From Podarcis bocagei (taxonomy: Eukaryota), in NCBI GenBank assembly GCA_964188305.1, contig OZ076885.1: a stretch of 64,000 nucleotides of DNA; one strand, given 5' to 3'. Positions 34,528 to 47,950 of this stretch are shown here, piece by piece (position 1 is the first letter of the stretch; each line of letters starts with the position of its first letter). Under the pieces are notes generated by a model. It had not been told where the DNA came from and ran no database searches. It worked only from the letters and a program-made list of their open reading frames with translations. The position numbers and the translations under genes are program-made.

Positions 34528-37368
34528 GTAAGGAGTATTTAGATGCTTGTGGAGTATCAATTTGTTAGCACAACGTATTTCAGCTGGGAGTTTTATTTTT
34601 GGCTTCACCAGGAAGAGGAGCTTCATGGAGATTCTTCTGTTAACACTAATGATGTGTATAAATCCCTTAGCATTTGTAGAAGAATAGGCCTCCCTATGTG
34701 TTCGTCTTTATAAGTCTGCCAGTCAAAGATTGAAATCTTCACATAGAATTGTTCCTTTGAAGGCAGGGCAGTGGGATGCCTTTGAGATAAATACTGTGGT
34801 GGCTTAAAAAAAAAAAGGAAGACAAAGAACCACGTAATGTTATGACCATTAATAACATACGTAGCTAGGCAAGCTAAAACAGCGATAAAACTAATCCACT
34901 CTCATGCTTCAGGGTCTAATCTGGCTGTTTCGGGGGGTAAGAAGCAGCATGTGGTTTCTTTTTCGTCTTCCAGACCTGGTCTTTTGACCACACTCACAAT
35001 TTACAGATTGGCAAAAGAGGGGGGTATCTCCCCACTGTCCTGTTTTCAGACAAGTTTTGGAAGATTGTAAACTGAGGAGGGGAGAGTTGTGGGTTATGTG
35101 TTGCTATAGTGCAGGTGAGGGAAACCTTCTTGAGTTCAAGGTCCCTCCATTTTTGACAGTTGGACAGGGCCACCCACATTTTGATCACCAGGCATCGTAC
35201 ACCATAATTCTGGTTTCAAGCCAGCGGCAAGCACAATCTAGTCCCGCAACACTAAAAACAGTTGATGGTCACGTGGGCCTGGTTTGTTCAAAATGGCCTG
35301 ACGGATACCTTCCCAGTGCAATGCTATAGAGATAAAGGGTTGGCTCAACCTGAAGCCTCTGAGCTTTGCTCCTGTAGAGCACAAAGGGTGTGGAACCATC
35401 TGAAGAATGGAGACAGGGTTTCTTCTCCCCACCCCCCTTCTGAAACATACCCTCTCATACAACAGAGAAAAGGTCTTTAGCCTAACGTACATCTTCTTGT
35501 ACATCTCCCATACTTAGAGTGTATGTGTTTGCAGATCTGTTTGTTGTATGCATGCACTACGTGCTGTTGTTTACATGTTCATGTAAAATGCCCTGTGTTC
35601 ACATGTAAATAATGAGCCAGGAATGCAATGGCCCTTAGCTATTGGTTGAAAGGATGAATATTGCTGCAACCTCACATATATCAGTCCTTTCCATATTTGA
35701 TTTTTCTTCAGCTCTTGCTGTTCGTTCACAAGAACTGCCATAGAATCATCCTCACCTACGATGCCATGATTCCTTGGAGGGAGAATAGAATACACATAGA
35801 TTTTGCTGTTAGTGCCTCCCAGTATACACTTCTACTGGATATGCCAGCAGAGCTGACTTACAACACACATGACGACTGCTACTGGTGCATTGTAATGCCA
35901 TAAATTTAGTTTCTTGCTTTGAATTATTGTTTTTTAAGCGCATTCTTGTTAGTTGACATCATTTTGGCCAGAAAAAATAGCTTTGACATTTGAAAGCCCC
36001 ATAAAGACGGTTGCCGTCTTTTAAACAAATATATAGACCACTTACGGTTGGATGGTTTCCATGTATTAATTTGGCAGTTTGAGGGAGAGGAGCATAAGGG
36101 AATGTGAGGATACTGGAAACTTTAGTGATTTTACTTAGTTTGTGTACATTCTATTCAATGTGGTAAAAGGTAAAGCTTTTGATGGAATTGATAGCAAAAA
36201 TATTAGAAGTGGGTGATGCCTAATAGAACATAAAGAGATATTTCTGAAGAAGCAGTGCTGTCTATAATATTGAGAGTTTTGCACCTTTAGCCCTGTGAGT
36301 TACTGGGATTAAACCAGACCAGTGTTGTTAGGTGATTTTAGACCTGAGGGTACATTTAGAGTTCTGTAAAAACAGTGAACAAAGTAGGCATTTCTTCAGA
36401 AATACACATAATATTGATAGGGAGGTGGCATTTGCATTGTTCTTGCTTACTGATTAACTTTAATAATTAACCATTGTACAGCATTGGTTTGGACTGCATC
36501 TTTTGCTGGAGAAATTACATTTGCTTGTCCTGACAAGCCAAATCAGACTGCTGTTGTTGAATAAAATGATATTTTATCAATACAAGACTAGGAAGGCAAA
36601 AGAATAGCTGATGGGAGTCAAAAGAATTGACTAAATGAACACACCCTGTAGATCTTTAAAAAGCACTCACAGCTCATTCTGGAATGATTTACAGACTCTG
36701 GGATTTGAAATCCAATTTATAAATATGGTCTCACTGTGCTCAACTTTCCTGACACATAGCTGTATAAGCCTAATTTTCTTGTGAGCATTTGGAATTGTGG
36801 TAGGATGCAGAGATGCTCTTAATCTTTCTCTACCACAATGTCTGCACAGCAAAGGAGTTGTGAAGACCCCATCCCATCATTGTGACTTACTTACCAAGCA
36901 AATTAAGATGGCTAAAATTTAATTAATTTTGTTTTTAAAATGTTCCACGACAAGGGTTATAATCAAATTATAAATTTTGTCTCAATGTGTTTATTTTCAC
37001 TGCATCTTCTTAAATCAAAATCTTTGGTGCTTTATAATGCTTTTCATTTATGTGTAAATAGTTTTGTTTCTGTTAGTTCTCAAGCATAACAACTAAAGAC
37101 ACAGAATAGGCAAGGCTGTCCTGTGTGCCCCAGTTCAGCTGGAAGAAGTTAAGCAGGGGTGCTGGCCTATTTGAGCACCCCAGCTCAATTTCTTACAGTA
37201 CCCCTATTTTCAATGAGGACAACTTCTTTCTGACAAAGATTGCACTTTCTCCGAAGTGTTTGCCTTAACCTAAATTATGATGCTTTTAAAGAACTGGCCG
37301 TTTTTTATGATGAAGTAGGACATGCATATTCAAGACTAATCTTTCTTCTTTTTCCCCCACCCACCCAG

Positions 37369-37484
37369 AGTTCTCTTGGTTTAACTGGTGCCTCCCAGGG
37401 TCCTGTCTGCTAAGTCTTCTGCTCATCCTGTGCTTCAGGGAATCCTACGATAGACTTTATCTCGACGTCATTGTCTCCGTTTGA
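37369..37484 (+). CDS. SLC49A4: SLC49A4 terminal coding exon 9 (to stop)
   Basis: Pyrimidine-rich acceptor ...cccacccag|AG. Encodes (E)[37 protein letters not shown], with TGA at 37482-37484. Confidence 0.96.
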
Positions 37485-39762
37485 TAGCACAAAACAGAAG
37501 GGAGCTTCAGAAGAGGATGGAAGTTAGAACCCTGCTCTGCCTCTTTCCTTTGGAAATTGAAAAGACCAAAGGTCAAAGCTAAAAAAAACCTAAACAGTTT
37601 TAACATTGACCTTTTAACTGAACTTACAAAGTGGTTTTTAAAGTACACTTCCTAATTTCAGATTTTATTATCTTGATAACGATGGTGAGTGTTGTACTTG
37701 AATGGGAATTTGAATATTTTTTTAAAAGCACACACTCAGAAGAATGTGCGTTAGGGAGAAGCTATAGTTTATTAACTGTGAGATTTTTATTTAATAAGCT
37801 ATTTAACTGGGTATACAGATTTTGTGCCAACTCAAGCCATTTACAAAATGAATATCTTACTTAGGGTTTAAGGGAGGAACATATTCACCATCACAAAAAA
37901 GTCTATTTTTGCAGCCTAAAGAGTCTAGTAAGAATTCTGATATTCCAATATTTATCCTGCTTTTTAAACAATATACTATCCCCCATGGTGTAGTATATGA
38001 AAAGACAAGTGTCACTTTGATGACCAAATATTTGCAACGTAGTTAATTAGGGCTGAACAACTTGTTCCCTCACTTTGAGTCCTCTAAGCTCTATCAAAAT
38101 GAGAATAGTAGGTAGATATGAAATTATCCTTCTAGGATTTTAACTATGACCAAATATTTAAAATCCATATAAATGTCTTGACATGCCCCTTGTACACTAC
38201 ATTTATTTTCTAATGAAGCAATTGCTAATGTTTTCTAACCACTCCCCTTCTTGACACATTGAAGGGTCTTATATCAGTTGGTGCTATATATTCAGTTATG
38301 TTTAAAACAATTAATTGCCTTAGTATAGGAATGACATCGGTTGTGAAGGTACAATGGGTCAGCACTACCTTTACTGGGATATTTTTAATTCATTTCTCCA
38401 TCCAAATACTGCAAAGCTGTCCTCCCAATGTTTTATCAAGCTGACTGAACAAAATTTATAGCTTTTCTGTGACAAGTCACGTGTGTTTTCAAGCTAGTTT
38501 ACAATTTAAAGAGTGCCTATCATGTGTGATTTTGTTTTTAAACAGATATTCAGTGGTGGTACTTTCGGGTAACAAAATTAAATGGCAAATCAAATCGATC
38601 CAGACTTTATCTTCTATAGAAAGCTTTTGATCCAGTGGGCAGATCCCACTGGTGGGGGCGGCATTTACCAATTTCTCTTCTCCCTCCCACAGTGTTTCAG
38701 CCCAACTCGGGAGGTGGGTGAGGCTGAGGGTGCAGGAGAGCAGGGAATCTCCCTTGTCCACCAGCAGAAGCAAAGTCTGATTCCAACTCAGAGTCTCCAG
38801 CCTTGGAACGTTGCATAACATGGTAGTTGCAGTACTATGTATCCTGTATTACGACACATATTATTGAGTTGGCTTTGTTTTCAAAAGCCAATCTAGCTTC
38901 TCCAGTTGGTTTTACAAAGCTTCACGTGCTCATGCTTTGCAAGAAATCTTATGCAAAATACATGTTGCTACCATCCATTTGAGAGAGGGAATTGTCAACC
39001 TGTGTTTACTAAATTGTGGCCAGTATGCTTCTCTACTAACACAAATATTTTGAAACACTTTCATGAGCATTCTTATAGCTCTGTTAATACTGAGTTTTAA
39101 TCCTGAGCTTGTTCTCTTTCGTTGGTCGGTCGGTCTGTGTGCATGCGTGTAAAATATTGTTTGCACATACAAATCTTATGAGTGTATTTTTTAGTAGTAA
39201 ATTTCCACCGTGTCGAAATTCTAATGATATATTTAGTGCCATTGTCCGTTCGAAAAGCAATCTCTTCAAGTAATGACATACTTTACATAACACAGTTGAG
39301 TGACTTTTTTTTTTTTTTAAGAGGAGGTAACAAAGCCAACTTGCTCAGGGGCATTTGTGGATTCCACAATCTAATATTATGCTTCAGTGAGAACTTTGAA
39401 TTTGGATATGTTTCACTCCTTCAAAGAAGTTCCATTCTGCCACTCTTGATTCATTTGGCCACTGTAATTCAGAAATTAAGCAATATTTCTCAGACACATG
39501 GCTTTATTCTGTTTGTCCAGTCATTTTATTCTGTGGATAACTGAAATATTTCTTCAATCTGCATTTAGGATCTTAAATGGAATTATTGGTGTCATTTTAT
39601 AGCATCAACTTTTTGTTGTTGGTATGGTACCATTTTGTATTCCATATTGGTTAATAGGATGTGACAGCTTGATGAACTGATCCGCGATAGCTCATGAAAG
39701 ATGAAAAACCTTTCTCTTAGAAGTACCTTTCAGCCAAAATATAGCCATTTTAATCTGCAATA

Positions 39763-39999
39763 CAGTGGACGCTCGGATTGTGAACGTGATCCGTGTGGGG
39801 TGCACATTCGCAACCCGCAGCAGCACGTCTGCGCACGCGCGGGTTGTGATTTGGTGCTTCTGCACGTGCGAAAAACATGATTTAGCACATGTGCAACCTC
39901 CGAAACCCTGGAGTAACTTGTTGCGGTACTTCCAGGTTTCGGAGCGTCCGTAACCTGAAAAAGCGCAACCTGAAGCGTCTGTAACCCGAGGTATGACTG
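39763..39999. mobile_element. Tc1/mariner (Tigger-like) MITE related to family A
   Basis: TA-CAGTG...ACTG-TA termini. Right end aacctgaagcgtctgtaacccgaggta matches family A, while the interior is different and CpG-rich. Confidence 0.8.
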
Positions 40000-42900
40000 T
40001 ATAGAAAGATTCTGATTTCCCCTCACTTTACAGGCAGGCTTTTCTGTATTTTTTTCAGGAGGCTTCCTCACAGCTCTTGCCACATGATTTTTCTCTTGGG
40101 GTGCAACACCTACAAGGAGGAACAAGGCCATCCACTTAACACCCTTTCATTGCCCAGTAGGGAACAATCTAGCATTCATCTAATAGCAATGTCAATTACT
40201 ACATCCTGGTCCCAGTTACATCAAGGTTGAAACTTCTTTTTGCTAGTAAAGAGTTATCCTACTGGGATTGCAACTGTATACATTTGAAGTACTTTCACAA
40301 GAAGCAGATGATGTTTTTTCACATACACATACCCCTCCTGGCTGCCATGTTATTTGTGTGGCATTAGCTAAAATGAGTCCATAGAATCAGGTTAAGTGTT
40401 CCCCTTGATTACGCTTCAAGGCATTTCTCACTGTTGGGATTTTAGGGAAAGAAACTCTCTGTGTACTCTTAATCTGCTCCCAAGAGGAGTCAACGCATTT
40501 TTTTGTTCCTGAGTTTTGTCTTACTTCTCTTGAGCACTTAAAAATGAACTAGAAGATTGGTGCAAGTAGATGTCCTCCTAATCAGAGGGCAGCTTGGTGG
40601 CAACATTGTGATAGTGTCCTTTTTTCTTCTTCTTATATTTGTGTTGCTAAAAAGAAATCCCCAACTTGTTGGCTGAGAACTAGAAAATGTGAGTAGGATC
40701 TGCGGCTTCATTCCCTGGAGTTGTGCTTGGGCCAGTCCCTTTTTGAACTTGGTGTCCTCATCTGATGTGTGAGAGATACTACAGGTATAACTTTATTGTC
40801 ACTGTCTAGGATAAGACAGATCTGTGGTCCCATCTTTTATGTAGTGCAGATCTCCTGTTCAGACAAGGTGGCCACCTACTCTCATATCTCATAGGTAAGG
40901 CATACTGGCATAACCTGAAGAGGTGTTATATCCTTATGTGCGCTGTTGAATGTGTGGAAAACATTTTGATTTTATAAAGATTGAACACACAATGCAAAAT
41001 GAGCCACCTCCGGGTGTGTGCTTTACTAAAAAGGGAAGTAGATATATAGGCATTAGGTAGAATTAATGAATATGAAGGCTATACATTATACAGTGGCTCA
41101 AGACAGCCTATAAAGGTTCTGATAGCAGAAATTTTGATTTGGTCAGTAACCTGCTTTATTATAATATTGCATAATAGTGGTAACTTCTCAAGTTGCTAGG
41201 GCAGCAAAAGTGGTTTGGAAAATACTTTTTGTATGTGATATGGTTGCTTATACTTTTTACTCATCAGTTATTTCCCAACATTAAAGTGAAAGTGACACGG
41301 TTGGCTAGCTAGGTACATACAGCAATGGTTAGGGTTATATATAGACTATCATGAAGACACCGAAGAGAAGTTCTTCCATGCAAGTTCTGTTGAAGTGAAT
41401 AGGAGCAGCACAATCTTGTGTTGCCCCCCTTCATTCAATGTAACTTGTACAGGAGAAATTCCCAGTGGACTATATCTTATCTAACCTTGTGCTCCAGGCA
41501 GCCTGCACAATATGTTCTTTAATAAATTCGTGAAGTTTTATTATCTGTTAGACATTTGCTTGGTCTCATTCAAATGAGTAGATCTGCCCTTGTTTTGAAT
41601 GAGTCAGGAATATGAACTCTTCTCCGAGCAGTCTTACATCGATTCTCTCTAAATGTCTAAATATTGAAATGATAATATAATGATCTAAATTTATATCAGT
41701 ATTTTATCAGTTAACAGTGAAAGGCACTGATTGCCATTCTAATTACATCCCATAGCTTGATGCTAGAGCCACACTTACTTGGGAATTTGGTATCATTCAA
41801 ACAAATTTAATTTCGAGTAAACGTGTTAAGAATTTACGTGCCAGAGTGTTAAAAATATGTTCCTGAGAGAATGCACCAAATCTTTTTATCATTGATCATT
41901 TCCAGCTTGGGGGGAAAGAATGCCCACCTCTGTCCGTGCTCGGTGACTTGCATCCTGCCTAGAAGTTCAAACAAGATAAGCAGGTGGAATTATTTTCGCA
42001 TGTGAAATGGAAAATACTGGTCAGTGTGGCTGCGTTGTGCATGCAGAAACAAATGAATAAGGTCTGTGACATTTAATCACGTAATCAGTTAATCAAAATA
42101 TTTTGATCAAATGAACACACACACACGGTAATTATAAGTACTATTGATGACCAATTCCATCAAAGAAGTATCTCCAGCCCTTGTGTGAGAGAATGGGGAG
42201 TCCCTTTTCTAAGATGATGTGTGCTACCACACACGTTTTTATTTAGAACTACTGGGTTGTATCCCATGTTGCATGAGCTCTTTCTCTTTGCCCACTCTAC
42301 AGGCCACTGTGCTTGCCAAAATCCTATCCAAAGGGCTGGGAGAACCTGCCCAACATTGTGAGCTGTCCTCTGGGCTGCAAGGGGTTGCAGGGTACTGGCG
42401 GGGGGAGCAAGGTGTTGAGTGAGATTGCCTTCTGCTTATGCCATATTGGGTGCAACCCTTAGTTTCTCATATGCAATAATTGTGCAGATTTGACTAATTC
42501 TTTAATTATTTGACTAAACCTGAGTTCATTATTGATATTTTAATTGGTGGCAGCCCTATTCTAAGATAAAAAATTCCACTCCACCCCCAGATCCAAGATT
42601 TTTGCATTAAGAAGCAGCCATACATTATTTCAAATACACTAACATACTTTATTCTAACTGAATTGTGTATTTTTAAAAGAAAATATAGATAAAAACCAAT
42701 TTTTATGTGTTATATTTGAATGAATGAATGAAATAAGTAAATAAATAGATAGAAGAAAATGTAGATAATTGCAGTAGGCTGTGGTAAAGGGCATGTTAGG
42801 AAAGCGTCATGATCTGGGTTTGTATGAGGAAATCAATGAATCTTTGTTACGGCATGGAAAACGCAAGTGTATAGTAGAAGTCTGCACTGCCACCCCTGGA

Positions 42901-44321
42901 AATGGGCCAGGATCCTCTTTAACCCAGGCTAGAAGACCACTGACTGAAAAGAGAAGTACTCTGTACCAAACAATGAATTCAGAAACTTACATAAATTAAT
43001 ATGCTTTGATGTTGTACGATATATTCCTATCTGTGCTAGTGATTGAGAGGTTCAAGGAGCTGACAATAGACTGCCCTCTAACTCTGGCTTTTGAGATTTC
43101 ACCCTCCATTGCCATTTTTTAAGCATATCTTCACAACCAGAAAGGCTTGGATTTTATTATTTTAAAGAAGAAAAGCTTAATTCCTTTTGGCAGTGCCATG
43201 TTGAGTGGCTTTTCTGTTCTATGCAATGACAGCATATGCATTGGTCCTTCCTTTGGGTTTCTGAACATGTAGCAGAGGTTTTTTTACATTTTCTGTTTTC
43301 CCCCTCCAGAACAAGGCAACCTAGGAGCCTGAGAGTTTCAGGATCAAACCCCCTCTACAGTTTGCCTTCATTGCACTCCACATTTTTTGTACCAGTTAGG
43401 GCACTTTGCATTCTTTCTGTATTTGTATCTGCAATGTTTCAGATATGGGAAGAATTGAAGCTAGTGTCAGGATTTCCCAATGTGAGCTGGAGAGGTTTAT
43501 TGCTATCTCCCATGAGCTTCAGTTGTCCAACTTGACATCTTAAGATCCATATTTTTGTTTCATTTGGATATACAGCTGCAGGTTCTGAAACAACACAATC
43601 CATTAAATAATGAGAAAGCGTTTGTTGAACTGGGTCACACAGGTGTTGAGGAGTATTGGCTTGAGCTGTGGTGAAATGTCAAAAACACTTTGGTCTGATC
43701 TTAGGTTGGTTGTCCTTTGCTTAAGACAAACCTCAATTCAGTAACTCCACATTTAGCTTAACTAATTTTTTACAGCCACTGTTTTCTCATGTCTAAGCTT
43801 TTCTTTGAACTCAACTTTTTTCTATGCATGTAGTCGTTCACCTGTCAGAGTTCTGCATGTTCTGCGATATGCAGTATCCTCACTTTTATGTTTCAGAGAA
43901 AGTTTTATATGTTAAAATGCATGGATTTTTAATTGCATCTCAGGATTTGTTTTAACTAGGCCTGGTGGTGTGAACCTGTAGTAAAAACGATTCCCTTTCA
44001 TTTGTGGGTATGACTTTTTGTAAATCTAACCTGAAATTGTAAAAACATAGAACATAAAATGATTTCATTAGGATTTGTAAGCATTTTGCTTTTTGTAATT
44101 TTGTAGGAAAAAAAGATATTTTTATTTTAGGGCAAGTTCTACTTTTGTATGTAATATGCTGACATGGGGCACAATCTGTCAGATGCATATCCTGCATTCA
44201 TCTCATGGAAATAAATTTAGAGGTGTGGTCCTGCCCTATTTCCATTCATTATTATTTTCCCTTTGGAACTTAAGTAGGACAGGTTTCTCATGGATTGTGT
44301 CTGTGATGTCTTTTATTTTTT

Positions 44322-44327
44322 AATAAA
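44322..44327 (+). terminator. Candidate distal poly(A) signal of SLC49A4
   Basis: AATAAA preceded by a U-rich tract and about eight TGTA motifs in 43977-44153. Confidence 0.35.
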
Positions 44328-44980
44328 ACTTATTTAAAACCCACTGTCTAATACATCTAGAAACGTAAACTTCACCTATCACTTTGGAGTTCTCTTTAAA
44401 CTGGAATCTTGCTGTAAGTGTTTGGTGTTAACTTGTGTAATACTTGATACACATTAAAAAGGTTAATTGTAGCTTGTGAGTCATCTTTTGTGCTTGGGTG
44501 CCATATAATATCCTAGAGCGATGGTAATATTCATTGAGGTATCTGCTGCTGGCTTTGTTGTGGAGGATTCCAACATGGCTTTTTGTCATATGTCTGTTGG
44601 CAAGAGATGCAAGCTTAGGAACAGGTTTAACAAGGGATCGTTTTCCAGGTCATTGTACAAATGGCAGCTGCCAGAAGAACTGGACATGCAATTTTTTGGT
44701 GAATTGTCAAAACTCAAAAATAAGTTGGGCTTTTCTCAAGACAGTTCCATGAGATGATCTTCCAAATCACAAGCAACAGAATCTTTGTTTCTTGTTTCAG
44801 AATTGGCCTCAAATTATCCCATCAAGGGCTGGTTTTTGTGACAAGCTGTGTCTTGTAAACAAAAAGAGCTACTGTTCTGTTCTTTAATCTATAAGATGAT
44901 GATTCAGGATTTGGATAAAGCTTGTAAAAGCACCTGTCTGTAATTATGGTTTTAATGTGTGTGTGTGGGGGGGGGGGTTA

Positions 44981-44986
44981 AATAAA
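44981..44986 (+). terminator. Candidate distal poly(A) signal of SLC49A4
   Basis: AATAAA with upstream TGTA motifs and a downstream U-rich tract (tttttgttatatttattatgtatttt). Confidence 0.35.
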
Positions 44987-45518
44987 GTTTACATTTTTGT
45001 TATATTTATTATGTATTTTCCTCAGAGTATTTGTTTAACCTAGAAAAATGTACAACATTTATGTCTGATATGATGAGTCACAGTCATTTCTGACCTGGGA
45101 CAAAAAATATCAAGGTGATGCCTCAGATTTCATCTAACACTGATTCTGTTGATGTGAACTTTTTCAAATGGGATGGCTTTAATAGTAACCTGGTAAATTC
45201 AGGTCCTAATCCTGAATTTGGCTTTTTATGGACGAAGATAATACATCTTATCTTGTATTCTCAACAGACAAGCTAAAGGCACAGGTAAGTGTCACTTGTG
45301 CTGTACTGAAGGAAAGATGCTTTGGATAACAAAAACAAAGTTTAGAATTTCTGCTCTTTTTATTTTGGTGTGTTTGTTGTGGAAAACTAGAGAAAGGAGG
45401 AAGGACAAACATGTTGCTTCCTAGAGATGTAGTTTTAGTCAGTTGAAGAGTAGATTAGCATTACATTGCAGACCAATTAGCAAAGGATGTGTGGATGTGC
45501 TAATTGTGCACAAATGTG

Positions 45519-46657
45519 CCTTCCTCCTGGGCCGTGTTCAGAAAGTGGTGGTGGAGGATGAGTGTTCAGACCCCTGGGCTCTCACTTGTGGGGTGCCTCA
45601 GGGTTCTGTCCTCTCCCCCATGCTTTTCAACATCTATATGCAGCCGCTGGGAGAGATCATCAGGGGGTTTGGGCTGGGTGTTCATCAGTATGCAGATGAT
45701 ACCCAGCTCTACCTTTCTTTCAAATCAGAACCAGTGAAGGCGGTGACAGTCCTGTGTGAGTGTCTGGAGGTGGTTGGAGGATGGATGGCGGCAAACAGAT
45801 TGAGATTGAATCCTGACAAGACAGAAGTACTGTTTCTGGGGGACAGGAGGCGGGCAGGTGTGGGGGATTCCCTGGTCCTGAATGGGGTAACCGTGCCCCT
45901 GAAGGACCAGGTGCGCAGCCTGGGAGTCATTTTGGACTCACAGCTGTTAACGGAGGCACAGGTTAAATCCGTGTCCAGGGCAGCTGTGTACCAGCTCCAT
46001 CTGGTACGTAGGCTCAGACCCTATCTGCCTGCGGACTGCCTCGCCAGAGTGGTGCATGCTCTGGTTATCTCCCGCTTGGACTACTGCAATGCGCTCTACG
46101 TGGGGCTACCTTTGAAGGTGACCCGGAAACTACAACTAATCCAGAATGCAGCAGCCAGACTGGTGACTGGGAACGGCCGCCGAGACCATATAACACCGGT
46201 CTTGAAAAACCTACATTGGCTCCCAGTACGTTTCCGAGCACAATTCAAAGTGTTGGTGCTGACCTTTAAAGCCCTAAACGGCCTCGGTCCAGTATACCTG
46301 AAGGAGCGTCTCCACCTCCATCGTTCTACCCGGACACTGAGGTCCAGCACCGAGGGCCTTCTGGCGGTTCCCTCACTGCGAGAAGCCAAGTTACAGGGAA
46401 CCAGGCAGAGGGCCTTCTCGGTAGTGGCGCCCTCCCTGTGGAACGCCCTCCCACCACATGTCAAAGAGAACAACAACTACCAGACTTTTAGAAGACATCT
46501 GAAGGCAGCCCTGTTTAGGGAAGCTTTTAATGTTTGATGTATCATAGTATTTTAATATTCTTTTGGAAGCCGCCCAGAGTGGCTGGGGAAACCCAGCCAG
46601 ATGGGCGGGGTATAAATAATAAATTGTTGTTGTTGTTGTTGTTGTTAATAATAATAC
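45519..46657 (+). mobile_element. Young 5'-truncated L2 LINE (RT domain to 3' end)
   Basis: Open frame to 46537 with GVPQGSVLSPMLFNIYM, YADDTQLY, LNPDKTE, SRLDYCNALY and LHWLPV. 3' end gccgcccagag...gggcggggtataaataat plus a (GTT)n(AAT)n tail. Confidence 0.95.
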
Positions 46658-47950
46658 TAAACAATTCCATGTAGAAATTTCCCGCATGTAAAGTGTTAAG
46701 GAATCTAGGGGATAAAGCTTAATCTAGTTCACACTAAGTTTGTTTTTACTGATGTGGTGCCTCTCAATTACTTTCTAATCGGGTGCATTAAAAAAATAAA
46801 TTCCCAGAGGCACATTTGTGAATATGAAAACTCTCAAAATTATAGCTTATGATTGACTAGGAATGAGGCATTATGCATGCAGGTGTAGCTGGTTTCAGGT
46901 TATTAGAAATCCAATCTATTTTTTATGATATTATGGTGTAATTTTCAGCACAAGACTGTGATATAAATTTCCAGTTGCACCGGAACATAAACTACAAGTG
47001 TCCCTGACTCTTGTCACTTTCCATGGTCTTTAGTTTGATTAATAAAAGGGACGAGAGCGATAACATTTTCCCAATAAGAATCTATGATCATCCCTCAATC
47101 AAAATGGGCCCATTTTATAGTGATATGTAACAATGATAAAAAATGTTATTTCAAGACCATTGGGACTAGTCTTTCAGCCTATAAATGTTGATCATATGGC
47201 TCTGGTTCTTGAAGCAAGTAAATAGCCCATTTTCTTCTTCTTTTGCGTTAAGAGCAGTGTCCTTGGAAATTCAAGTCTATTGGCTTCCTGGTCATATATA
47301 GCAAAAGGGTCTAAAGCTGAAATTTGAAACACCACACAATCAGCCCTGTTTGAAGATCTAGCATAGTAAAATTCAGGATGCTTGTCTGAAGCCAAAGGTT
47401 CAGGGGCACAATATTACTATGTGTTAATGGAATCTTAAAGGCCTTGTTAATTGTCCCCTACCTTTAAAATAGTACAGGAAATATAAAGTAGGAGAGGAAA
47501 GAGCTGGTAACCCTTCCAGGTGTAAAGAAATTCTGATAGTCAAACTTTAGTTTTATATTCATTTGTTTGTATTTCAGGCAAGTGGAACTAGTCACTAAGA
47601 GTGCTATGTTCTATCTACATTAGTAAAAATCAGCCCCGTTGAGCTCAGTGAGGCTCTCACAGGTAAGTGTGGGTATGATTGTGCTTTAAGGCACTTGTCA
47701 TGCTGCAGTGGCAAATTATACTTTGGTTGAGTACATACATTTTTAAAAAATGGATGCAGCCAGTAAACCTAGGCTAATAAATTAAAAACACTTCCATAAA
47801 TTTAGCCTAACCGTTTGATCATACAGAATACACTGATACAGAATTAGGTGCCAATGGATTAATATTAAATAAACCCAAATGAGGCAGCAAGACCTAAATT
47901 ATATTTGCCTCAATTGTTGCAAATTTCATTTTAAGAGATGAGATGTAGGT

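Larger units (their letters stand above)
3593..37484 (+). other. SLC49A4: SLC49A4/DIRC2 gene, 3' part (coding exons 4-9; exons 1-3 lie upstream of the window)
   Basis: Six GT-AG exons (130, 109, 68, 128, 183 and 116 nt) splice in frame to [21 protein letters not shown]...[15 protein letters not shown], which matches the C-terminal half of vertebrate DIRC2/SLC49A4. The gene lies next to SEMA5B, as in mammals. Confidence 0.97.

Noticed and set aside
45443-46537. 364-aa ORF with a reverse transcriptase motif as a novel gene or retron-like system
   Set aside because: It is a 5'-truncated L2 ORF2. The first ~25 residues are flanking DNA with a non-ATG start, and it ends in an L2 3' tail.
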